DNA of 64,000 nucleotides from Hormiphora californensis (lineage: Eukaryota; Animalia; Ctenophora). This document shows positions 1-54,200 of this stretch, piece by piece (within the stretch, counting starts at the first letter, position 1; every line of letters starts with the position of its first letter). The stretch lies in contig CM035358.1 of the NCBI GenBank assembly GCA_020137815.1, positions 1,302,001 to 1,366,000 of the forward strand, given 5' to 3'. The position numbers and the translations under genes were made by a program. The notes below the pieces were generated by a model. The model was not told the origin of the DNA and made no database searches. It was given only the letters and a program-made list of their open reading frames with translations.

Positions 1-279
1 GAGAGATATCAGAGAAAATAGATATTTGAGAACTGAACAATTCCGGAAAAGTGATGGATTTTTCCGTGTTATATATGTCACCGTTAATTTTTGTACTTTT
101 GAATTGTAAACTATAAAGGGGATTATTCTTTTTGCCGCCAGGAATTCTATCTGTTTTACTCTCTTCTTTCTCAGAAAACCTAACTCTGCTATGTCCTAAT
201 TGGATGTAGAGCCATTTGATACACACTGGGCTCTATACCACATGCGAATAAAAACACTGTGAGCTGTGCGGCCTAGGAG

Positions 280-474
280 TGGTCGGTGCAGCATACTGTG
301 TAGACAGAAACCTAAACAAACCTCTCCGCTTCCTGGATAACATTTTAACTGGCCCACTACTTGAACATCTCATATATTCTCTCTTCACTCTACCATGTCT
401 ACGTGTCCAGTTAAAATCCAGGAAGCGGAGAGGTTTGTTTAGGTTTCTGTCTACACAGTATGCTGCACCGACCA
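280..474. mobile_element. Foldback / MITE-like inverted repeat
   Basis: Perfect ~59-bp arms (280-338 and ~416-474), extendable across a small indel. No clear TSD. Confidence 0.7.
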
Positions 475-552
475 ATTGGAAACGCCGCACTGATAACATC
501 TCACAAACTAGTCCTACACCTAGATGCGAAACAAGACCCCTAATTGTCCTAC

Positions 553-41836
<41,284 letters not shown>

Positions 41837-41900
41837 AGTCCCACTAGCTCACATGTCAAACTCACAGTCTTTTTGCATCTATTATGTGTAAAACTATAAA

Positions 41901-41911
41901 GAGAGAGAAAG

Positions 41912-42002
<91 letters not shown>

Positions 42003-42011
42003 GGATAGAGA
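41901..42011. repeat. (GA)n microsatellite
   Basis: Directly visible. On the minus strand it is a (CT)n tract ending ...CTTTATAG just upstream of the signal-peptide ATG. Confidence 0.9.
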
Positions 42012-42817
42012 ATTACTATTCACGATGGCATGATGTAAAGGCTGAATGAAACAAAATTAGTATAGATTTCTTCCAAAGAGGTGTAGAACTCTAAACGTGC
42101 GGAACTGAAACAGTGAAAGAACTTCTAGGGAGAGTTACAACACTGAAGGTAGATTCTAAGAATCATAGTATGGAAGAAGTAGTAGTTCACAATGAACTCG
42201 ATCTAGTTAAACAAAGGATATGAATTACACCACGTTTTACAAGCTATAAGCATGACCGTACCATGCACGGAAGATGAATGAAATAGAGGGGATTGCTGAA
42301 AGAAAGATGTAGTTTCAAATGGAGAAGATATGGTATAGAAATGACAACTCGAGACAACCAGGGATAGGATCTGTCAAACAAATGAAAATTATAGACAAAA
42401 ACTGACGAATTTCCATATAAGGCTAGATTAGGATAAACGATATACATGTATCGATCACTGGAGTTCCATCAACTACAGATCAATATTCAATCATCTCCTG
42501 CTTGCTAGATCTTGTGTGGGGATATGATCCCTATTGATCCTATAGGATAACAAAGATATAGTGAGTAAATCAAGAGATCACGTCTAGTGAACGAAATTGA
42601 GATTAATAACGGAATAGTACCGAATATTCGGATTACAAAACACACACACACACACAAAATATGCAAGATTCGCGGTGAGGGGTCCGAAACTTTTAGATGG
42701 GCTGAGAAGAGAAAGAGAGAGAGAGAGAGAGAGAAAATAGAGAGAGCGAGAAGAGAGCGAGAGAGAGAGAGAGAGCGAGAGAGACGTAGAGAGAGAAAGA
42801 GAGAGAAAGAGAGAGAT

Positions 42818-42852
<35 letters not shown>

Positions 42853-44918
42853 CTATGAGTAGATCAGAGAGAGAGATAGAAGAGAGATAGAGAGAGGAGG
42901 AGAGAGCGAGAGAGAATAGAGACTCTCCGATGCTATAGACACTCTACGCTAAGAGCGAATGCGATCGAAGAGAGAGAGAGAGTGAGAGAGAGATGAAACA
43001 GTGAGCTTGTTATGACCCTAACTCACTCACTATCACTCTCTCTCTCTCTCTCCAACATAGTGCATAGTTATATTATTCCTGCAGATTGCAACGGAATATT
43101 ATCATTTCTCGGACAGAGGATAAACATAAAATTCCACTTTACTTATTAGTTGAGGATTAATGGATATATCATTCTATTAAAGATCCAGGGTGTGTCATTG
43201 AATTTACTAAACATATCGAGATATCAGCCGGGGTTTAGAATTAAAACGTGATGGCCTACACGTGAAAGCTAAATAACCAAACATCAAATGAAAACTAGCA
43301 AGCCAACTTTGTCTTCCTTGGTAGAAAACTTTGAATATATTCCTTTTGCCTAAGCTGACTAAACTCCCAGAGCGAAAAAGAGAGATAAATACTATACTAA
43401 AGAGAGCAAAAGAAAGATTGTTACATTAACTAGGGGGGGGGGGGGGAGAGAGAGACCTTGATGAAGCTTGACAGCTTACTACCCAATCTTCCGAGACTCT
43501 CATGTGTTCCCAGGTCAACACTAATTCATCCAGCTGTAAGAAGTTACAAATCTCCCTTTAAAGTGAGATCGTAACTTTTACTAAAGATAAAAGAGTGAAA
43601 GAGAGTTTGTTACACTAACTAAGGAGAGAGAACATATGTATATTCATTATATGATTATACAAGCAAAAGTATGCAGACAAGATAAAACTTGGTTAGGAAA
43701 GGAAAGTTTTTAAAAGGCCTTCACACCTTACCAACATATTGTAGGTAACTAGATGTACTAGTAGCCTGACAAAGCCTGATAAAAGTAGTCTATCTCTCCG
43801 TGTTCTCTCTATCTCTCTTTCTGTTCAGGAATTTGTGTTCTACAAGCCGTCTATTGGAACACTGGAGTACAAAGTGCTTGCTCAATTTCAGTTCCAAGAT
43901 GAATATACATATATCAGATTCAGCTCTAGATATTCAGATTCTCAGGAGAAACTACCGAGAAACTTTAAAATGAATGGCTATCTTTTATATTTCTTATTTC
44001 TATCTTTCTATCTCTCATTATGCATGAACTCTTATGTCCCTGGACTTATTCAAATTGAAGTTGCACTGAATATTATATGGGTCATGCAGGGTATGATGAA
44101 TGATCTGATATAATTTCCATGCTTCATCAAACAAGAGAAGATTCCAGGGAGATTTACTGCTGAAGTTATACAAAACAAATTCCGAAAAATCATTTATGTT
44201 TCTTGAAGTTTTGTCTGTTTCATTCTCACTTTTCGTCTCTCTATCTCCTCTCCCTTTTTCTCTCTGTCTACTTCTCTCAACGGTCTAACACCCTCGAGTT
44301 CTTCATCATATTATATTCCGACCTTTATATGCTCCATTTATTCCACAGGTTCTCTCCACCCTCTAATATTCTAGATATAAGAGGGGAATATGACATCTAA
44401 AGCATGTGCATGTTGCAGGGGTGACATGGAATTGCAGAAGGTGAGCCGTTAGGAATTAAACTGAATTCACACAACTGATACATCCCTCCCAATCCCCCCT
44501 TTCTATCTCTCTTTCTCCATTTACTACCGCCCTACTTCTGATCTTGTCACCCAACATACGAGCTGCAGCAGGGGCTAGATCTATTTATAAAACTAAAGGC
44601 CACACCAGAAAAAGGACCTGTTCGAATCATGTCACAGTATGTGATACTAAATCCATCAGCATGTCTCATACATAATATCATCACCACAAAGAAAGTAGCT
44701 GGGAGGGCGGGGGAAGAATTCAAACACATAATTGGAAATGTCTGCACACGTGTGGACATATATTTTATGCAGGGATTATGCAGCAGGAGCTGGGAGTATA
44801 AATTAGACAACTAGTTCCGATTAGGATACCAAGATTATACCAAAATTATAAATGTGGGGCTGAGGCTTTCTTTAGATTAGGTAATACGATAATCGGGTAA
44901 CAGGGCCATCTGGAGAGA

Positions 44919-45052
<134 letters not shown>

Positions 45053-45788
45053 CTAAAAAGAAAAAGAGCTTAGCTGGGAACGGAATATCAAAGAGGCGGA
45101 GAAGTTAGAGACCAGAGAGATAGAGAATAATATTGAGAGAGTGACATGGCAGCCCATAGCCTAGCAAGCTCTGCAAAGTATTGCAGGATAGTTATAAAGT
45201 GAGAGAAAAGGAAGGGGAATGGGTGGAGGGAGTGAAGGAGATAGCACGGCAGAGCCGGGGAATGTCGCATAATTATTACACATCAGCCTGGCCTCATTAT
45301 ATCTGATGGGTGATCGGGTGATAGAGAGAAAGAGGGGGAGAAAGAGGGAGAAATAAAAAGTATAAAGAGATAAAAAAGAAGCAGAAAAAGAATAATATCA
45401 GACTTTCAAGTCGACATGATAGGCCTAGGGTCAGATATAATCTATCTTATTATCTTGTGCCGCATAGCAAATAAAGTTAGTATCACGAATAATAAGGAAA
45501 ATCAGTGTCATGCATAAATGATATACGATCGGTAAACAACTGCGACATTGGTCAAAAAACATAAGAATCATGTTATATGAAGAATCGGAAATATCAAATT
45601 AGATTGGAATCATGGGAAGACATGCATTAAAACCTTGGAGATAGGTGATCGTTTCGTTTTGACATGGCTCAACCAGATACACCGGTGGATAGAACCTTTC
45701 TAAACAAGCAGATGGACACGTGGGGTTAAACTAGTCACGTACGATAAAACAACGATTAGTTGTGAAACAGAATTATAAAGTCACGTAC

Positions 45789-48700
45789 CTAGCCCATCTT
45801 GAGGTATGGCAAGGGATCCATCACTACCCGGACACCTCTCAAAGTTCTTCCACTCAGCTGTTCCCAAATCACCGACATAGTCAGCAGTGTATACTTCACG
45901 GGATCTCAGCATGGACCACCATCCATTGGTTAGTCAGGTAAACGTAGCTGATGGACCGGATTGGCATGGATAGGGATACCTGTGGTGGTTCTTGGTTACG
46001 AAGTCACCCCTATTATTGCATATAGGGGTGACAATACCGCCTACCTAAAAATGAAAATTTACGGGACCTTCTCATAAAAAGTTATCGAAAACTTGTCTAA
46101 AACCTATCTAAAACGTATGGTACTAGTTTGTATAGTAACCAGGACCTGAATTCTACAGAAAGTAACGACCGGTAGCGATTACACCACATGTTTAACAACA
46201 GAGGTGTGTCGCATAACTCCTTATATGGGCATAAAATTCCAATCTTGTGGAATTTTTTCTGAGTCGACTATAGCTTAGTTATCAATGAATCCACCTCTAA
46301 TACCTTTGGAATGGCATTTTGCACATTTCTGAAGGTTTTTGTAGCCAAATTCCAGCATCTTCATAGTTTTCCAAAAACAAAAACATTGTTAATGGCCAAA
46401 ATATCGAAAAATTCCGGTATGTAATGGTAGCTCAGACAATTTCCTCGGTATGTTCAAAAAATTAGAACTTTCTGTTTTGTAGTTTGGACACAGGAATTTT
46501 TTTCCCGCCGTACAAGCGATATTATTACCCCTCCGTGAGCTAGCGCAGAGGGGGAATTTCATTACCAATGGTGGTTCGTTGTATTTATGAAGGAGCGATG
46601 CAAGTTTTTATGAAGGAGCAATGGGGATGTTTATGAAGGAGCAACACATACCTTAGTCCAAGTTGGATCAGCATCACTGATATCGATGGTGTGCAGAGCG
46701 AACTTATCAGTCACCGCATACACAACTCCTCGTAGGGTCAACAGCGAGATAACGTTAGCTCTAAGGTCCGGCTGGAGGAGGGCGATCTCGGTTGAGTCAT
46801 CCAGTCTCCAGACAAGTGTTCGGCGGAAATAGGTCAGGTAGGTGATGTCCGTGTTACCAAGGATACGGGCAGTTGGGTAATCTGGGGGAAGGGACCGGGT
46901 TGTGAATGGGCGGGTTTTCCAAAATAAACTTCAGGCTGAGAATAGATTCTAAATTTAGACTATTCCTCTGATCATTTCTTTTAATTTATTTCGCTTATAT
47001 TTCTTTTCTGCTTACCAACAAAAGTGAGGGTGTTACTACAGCAGAAGGTGTCCTCGGTCCAGTTTCCTGCAATGGCATCCTTCGTTCGAGTAACTCCATT
47101 CTTATCGACAATTCTAAGTAACGAGCGAGCAATGATTATAAAGGGGCCGAAACTGGTATGGTCCAAATAATAAAGATTTCCATTCCCCACCAAACATGAC
47201 CCATAACCTCCCCCACCCCGGCACCCCCTAATAACTAATCTAGCCCATGTTACTTACCCTACACTGCCATCAGGTGATGCACTGATTGACCCAATGTTGA
47301 GAGTTGTATCGAATGGAATCCATGTGTCCTGGACACAAACCCACAGGGATCCGTTAATGAGACCAATTAGCGGCATCTCTGAGGAAAGAATATATGTTAA
47401 TATAATATGTTTTAAATAAAAGTAAATCTTTCCAATCCACCAGGTCACGTACCGACAATGTTAACAGTAGTGTTCCAGATGAGAGTTTGACCAGTGTGAC
47501 TGGTCACCACACACTCAACTAAATCACCATCCTCTATACCATCAAGTTCAACTGTGTCCAGATCAGTTCCCTGTCATTGACAATGGATGGTTTTATAAAG
47601 GAGCATTTAGTTTTATGAAGGAGCAGCTATAATAAACATCTTATATCCTTACATTTGTAACGTGGATGCCGTTGACCAGCCACTGTATGACTGTTTCATC
47701 TATGTTGGGTAGACAGACAAACTGTACAGATGCACTGTATGCAACCGTCACTACCGGGTTATGCTCAATTATCTCCAGTGGTACTGAAATAGTTATAGAT
47801 AAACATTGTTTGAGTACCTAAATGAGTAATAAAAGGAACTGGAACAAATATGGAAGAGATAGTTAAGATAAATTCACGACTGATTATATGACAAATCCTT
47901 ACCGTAAACCATGATATTGATAGCCCGGGAATCATTTCCAGCGTTGTTGACAGTGTAACACTGGTAGTGTGCACTTTCAGTTACATTTCGATACACCTGG
48001 ACAACTGAGGTGACACTCTTCGCTGTATTTACTGGCTCGTACCCAACCTGAGTAGAGATGTTGGGAATTTGTTGAGTAACAAGTGGGAAGAGACTCGATC
48101 TTTGGATCAACTGAGAAAGAGACAGATAGAACGATCAGTATATGTTAGTAATGGCTAAATACCACTGAATAATACACTCCGTAGGTTTACTTACAATGTG
48201 GGGGAAGAGAGCGATAGAGGTGGTAGGTGTTGGCACTCCAAACACGGTACAGGTAAGTGTAACACTTGAGCCCCAGCTGATCTCCTCAGACGTTGCAGTG
48301 AACTCAACAATTCGAGGTGGTGATATCGCTGCAAGGAGGTGGTGTTAGACTGTTAGCAAACACAGCTGGCTTAGAGTTGTTCGGGTCATGACAGCATCAA
48401 TAGCCATACAAAGAGTTTGAGGAAAACTTCATTTTCGGTCTTCGATTCTCGATCAAGATATACATTGACAGATTTAACTTACGAATTCGAGTGATGTAAA
48501 TGGGGGTAAGAGAGATAAGATAACTGGGACTCTGCTCCGTGACTACTATCCAGTCACCATTGTCTCCCTCCCTGTACACTATCTCCCTCTTGTCAGTCAG
48601 ACCTGCAGGAAGAGATGTTAAAACTATTATTTTATAGTCTTATCGAAAATATAACGAGGGGAATTAGGGGAATTATGGATCCAATTTAATAACTGTGCGT

Positions 48701-51226
48701 ACCTCGCTTTGGGGTTGACTACAAACAACATACCGATAAGGAAGTCTCCATCAATGGTGATATGGTTCAAATTGTAGGGAACCAGGATGGTTACAAAACC
48801 TCCTGATAAAGTCAGGTCTTCTGTTGTCGACATTCGTAGCTGAAATTTAGTGTAGCAATTAGTTTTAGTAACCAGTGAATATACCTTTGAAGAACTACTG
48901 CGAAAGGTATTATAATGCCGCCATTCAAATTCAGTATCTATGATAGATATACATAGTTGTACACCGACAGACAGACAATAAACAACTTTTCTATCGTTAC
49001 AGAGCCGTTTACCATTACCTTGTTGGAGTAAGAGAGTGAGAAGAGTCTGGCATCTTCCGAAAATGCAATACTCATTTGTTTTCCATCCACAGCCAACATG
49101 GTCCATTTGACACCCTCTCGAGTCCAGACCTGGCCAGAAATATCCACAACGTACAGGATGTTTCCTGGTCCTACCACCACGTCAGTGAGGGTCAGCCTAT
49201 AAATAGGAGAGGAGGGTCAGCCTATAAAAAGGAAATACATAGGAGACGGAGTTGGAAGTTTTGGTGAAATAATCAAGTTCTTAAAGGGCCTAAAAACCCA
49301 AATTTTATTTATTTATTTTGAACACTCCATCGTAACAGGCATGCTATTGGAGTCCCAAAAAACATAGGTACACGCAATGTGCATGTATCTGTTTATAAAA
49401 CATCCCAATTGAATCATTTCTGTTTTATACCCATTTGGTAGAGTTGTATCTCGAACGAAAGGCTGGAACAACCCAGGGGAGGTCCAGAGAGCACCTGCAA
49501 CATCCACAGCTACTATCTCCACCGCTTCTGGGAACACTGCAACTGCCTGGAAATATATTACATGGAGAGACAAACAAGTGCATAGGATACGAGAATGGAG
49601 ATGTGTAATGGTTTTAAAATAGCAGCCCACCATGTAAGAAAACCCATAATCTACTTACTAATTAATTATTAGTACTAATTTTATTAGAACTAATTTTTCA
49701 GCAACCGATCTTCAAAATCTAATCTGAATTCACATATACCTTGAAAGTGGTATTTGTGTTTGTGTGGACTATCTCAGCAGCTCCCTCCAAGCTATTCTTC
49801 ACCAGAATTCTCCCACTCGTATCCACTCCAATGTACTGGGGCGTTGTTATGGTGACCCTAGCAACTGTTGTTATGGTAATGGCAGAGTTCTGGGCAACAC
49901 ACGTGTACTGTCCAGCACGGGTCTTATCCACCCTGTGTAGGATGACCGAACCACTCGCTGTCAGTTCTATGTTATCCATGTCCGATGTGAGCATTTGGTT
50001 TCCTAGGAAATAGAGGGGTGTCAACATTTGGTTTCCTAGGAAATAGAGGGGTGTCAGCATTTGGTTTCCTAGGAAACAGAGGGGTGTCAGCATTTGGTTT
50101 CCTAGGAAATAGAGGGGTGTCAGCATTTGGTTTCCTAGGAAATAGAGGGGTGTCAACATTTGGTTTCCTAGGAAATAGAGGGGTGTCAACATTTGATTTC
50201 CTAGGAAATAGGGGGGTGTCAGCATTTGGTTTCCTAGGAAATAGAGGGGTGTCAACATTTGGTTTCCTAGGAAATAGAGGGGTGTCAACATTTGGTTTCC
50301 TAGGAAATAGAGGGGTGTCAACATTTGGTTTCCTAGGAAATAGAGGGGTGTCAACATTTGGTTTCCTAGGAAATAGGGGGTGTCAGCATTTGGTTTCCTA
50401 GGAAATAGAGGCGTGTCAACATTTGGTTTCCTAGGAAATAGAGGGGTGTCAACATTTGGTTTTCTAGGAAATAGAGGGGTGTCAACATTTGGTTTCCTAG
50501 GAAATAGAGGGGTGTCAACATTTGGTTTCCTAGGAAATAGAGGGGTGTCAACATTTGGTTTCCTAGGAAATAGAGGGGTGTCAGCATTTGGTTTCCTAGG
50601 AAATAGAGGGGTGTCAACATTTGGTTTCCTAGGAAATAGAGGGGTGTCAACATTTGGTTTCCTAGGAAATAGAGGGGTGTCAGCATTTGGTTTCCTAGGA
50701 AATAGAGGGGAGTCAGCATTTGGTTTCTAGGAAATAGAGGGGTGTCAACATTTGGTTTCCTAGGAAATAGAGGGGTGTCAACATTTGGTTTCCTAGGAAA
50801 TAGAGGGGTGTCAGCATTTGGTTTCCTAGGAAATAGAGGGGTGTAAACATTTGGTTTCCTAGGAAATAGAGGGGTGTCAACATTTGGTTTCCTAGGAAAT
50901 AGAGGGGTGTTAACATTTGGTTTCCTAGGAAATAGAGGGGTGTCAACATTTGGTTTCCTAGGAAATAGAGGGGTGTCAGCATTTGGAACTTTTATGTGGT
51001 TCAATTATCATTGTAACTAATCTTACCTAGAAGCCAATAGGTTGAGACAGGTAGGGGACTACCAGTTGCGCCACACTCAAGGGTGACAGTCAGACCAGCG
51101 AATACCTCGACATCTTTAGGGCGAATAGTAAACACCAGATAGGTCTCTGTGGATGGTAGAAATATTGTTATTTGGGCATGACTTTGAGGGGATCCGAAAC
51201 TCTTAGATGGGCAGAGAGGAGAGATG

Positions 51227-51296
<70 letters not shown>

Positions 51297-54200
51297 ATTA
51301 AAACTTACGAGGGGCAGCTGAAGACGAGCTGACAGCTGATGTTGGTGCAACAGTTTTGTCAGCTGTTGTACTTTTCTCAACAACAGTAGATGTTGGTATA
51401 GTTTTATCAACAGATGAAGAACCACTAGAGGAAGGTACAGGGGAGATTGTTGGGATGACGGTCGGTAGGGCCATAGAAGAGCTGGGCGTTGAGAAGGGTC
51501 CTGCAATTATACAAACCAATTAGTGACATTACAATTAGTACATCGGACGAAACAAAGTACATATTATCACGACACATGTAAAATAGTAGTTTCGTCATCA
51601 GTATTAGTGTCAGTCGCGGTCCAAGTCCAATGATTACGAAAATTATGATGGCAGACTGTCATATGGTGCTCACCACTTTTTAATTCCACATCACAGTCAA
51701 GAAAACACATATAAAATACAGCTTCACTTCTGTACATATCTTAACACACGCGTATTCACCGTAATCTCCGCAACATACACACGATTTGGTATAGTCCTTA
51801 CTCGTTGTGATTCCCCCGGTTGTCAAGGCTGTCGTGGTGGTCGTCAAGGTAGCAGGGATAAAACCAGATGTACTGGTAGGACTCCTTAATCGTGTTGTTC
51901 TTTCAACCGCGCTACCCCGTGATGCGGTGGTAGTTTCTTCCGGGTCCACAGTAGTTGGAAGTGGTGTTCGAAGTGAAGAATAGGATATGTCTGTTTGGTC
52001 GGTTGGTGTAACAACCCGGTCAGTCGATGAACGCACCCGGGAGAATGTGGAGGGCGTCGCTATGGTTACCGGTCGTCCAGTCACAGATGCTGCGTTAGAA
52101 TGTCGTTATGGAACAACTTCACAACAACTCTATCATTAAATTCAGTCGTTAAACAACACAACATTAAACAAATGTTACATCAAGAAAAATAAAACTTACA
52201 AGAGTACGTTGTCGATTGGATGTGTGATGTTAGTCGGTTAGTCAACGTTGACAGTGTACTGAGGGAGGAAGACAGCTTCTCTGTGAGCGATGACCCAGTG
52301 GTAGGTCTGAATGTTTCTCTCGTCGTCTCCATGGTTACACCCCTAGAGGTCGAGGTCCGGGTAAGGAATGTTGGGGAGATGACTGAAGATGTCTGGACTG
52401 AAGAAGAGGACCTCAGTGTACCGTCGCGATCGGAACTTTGAGAAGTTCTCGGTATGGTGGAATCTAGAATTGTCTTTTTCCCGTCGGTGCCTTTCCTAGA
52501 TGAAGTGGCTGTCTGGGAGGAATCAGGTCGAGAGGCAGTAACAGCGTCATCAGTTGGTCCAATCAGTTTGCTTGTACTATCAGTCAAAATCTCAATTGAG
52601 GGGTCGATTATGAGTGACATAGATGAAGTAGAAATGGACAAGGAAGAAATTGTTGATTTTTCTGTTTTATCCTTTCGATCTGATTGAGAGGACGTAGAAG
52701 ACTTCACAGAAGAATCCGTAATAGGGGATGTAGTGGGTATGGAAGGAAGAATAGATTTAGTATCTGTCGTTCCAGTTGGAGCGGTTTTGGAAGAATCACG
52801 TCCAATTACAACACTTGAGCTAGACTCCGAAATTGAAATTGTATCTATTGGTTCACTTCGTACCGTTGATTTAGTTTGACCGGAAGTACCAAACCAGGAA
52901 CTACTCTTAATACCAGTAAAATACTTGGTAGGGTCAAAAGATGAAGATGACGACGATCTCACAGACGAAGAAGTCCTCAATGTCGTGGTGTAGCTCAGCG
53001 ATTGATCCGGAGAAGAAGTTTTATAGCTTGTTGAGAAGCTGCTGCTACTTACCGTACTTTCGGTACTTGGAGTCATAGTTGGAATGGTCGAATCTACGCT
53101 CGTCTTCTTTCTCTTCTCAGGGTCAATGGAATCAGTCTGGACTAAAGAGGCCGTACTTCTAGAAGTCTCTGAAACTCGAGAACTACCACTTGAACCTTCA
53201 CTGGTTGATTTGGACCGTGTTCGATCTGAAACAGTCGAGCTACTTTCAGCAGTACGATCTTGCGGCTCAACAGTCCTAGTTCTATCCTTTTCGTCAGATG
53301 TTTTGGAAATCGAACTCTTGGTGCTGTCTGTTTTAGGTGTAACAGTAGGAATCGTTGAATCAACGGTTGATGTTTTCTCTTTGACTGTGCTGGCAGCTGC
53401 ATCACTAGTTTCACTGGTCTTTGTGCTGAACGTAGATGGTTCAGGCTGACTGGCAGAACTGGTGGGAGTTGTAGTCCGACCGGTACCCGGTGTTCGATCG
53501 CCAGACGATTTGGTTGTCGCCCTAGATGAAACAGAAGACACCGTACTTGGGATGCTGCTGCTACTTACCGTACTTTCGGTACTTGGAGTCATAGTTGGAA
53601 TGGTCGAATCTACGCTCGTCTTCTTTCTCTTCTCAGGGTCAATGGAATCAGTCTGGACTAAAGAGGCCGTACTTCTAGAAGTCTCTGAAACTCGAGAACT
53701 ACCACTTGAACCTTCACTGGTTGATTTGGACCGTGTTCGATCTGAAACAGTCGAGCTACTTTCCGCAGTACGATCTTGCGGCTCAACAGTCCTAGTTCTA
53801 TCCTTTTCGTCAGATGTTTTGGAAATCGAACTCTTGGTGCTGTCTGTTTTAGGTGTAACAGTAGGAATCGTTGAATCAACGGTTGATGTTTTCTCTTTGA
53901 CTGTGCTGGCAGCTGCATCACTAGTTTCACTGGTCTTTGTGCTGAACGTAGATGCTTCAGGCTGACTGGCAGAACTGGTGGGAGTCGTAGTCCGACCAGT
54001 ACCCGGTGTTTGATCGCCAGACGATTTGGTTGTCGCCTTAGATGAAACAGAAGACACCGTACTTGGGATGCTGACGCTGGTGGAAGAATCGGTCGAGGTA
54101 ATGGTTGGCACAAGTCGGGTAGTTTCATCCACAGTCGAGCTTACAACAGTTCTAGAACTAGAACCAGACACTTCAGAAGTGCTTGTCTTGGTGACCAAAG

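Noticed and set aside
49991-50986. CRISPR array or independent repeat protein (FGFLGNRGVS)
   Set aside because: No unique spacers, eukaryotic context, and the ORFs arise only because the unit is 33 bp.
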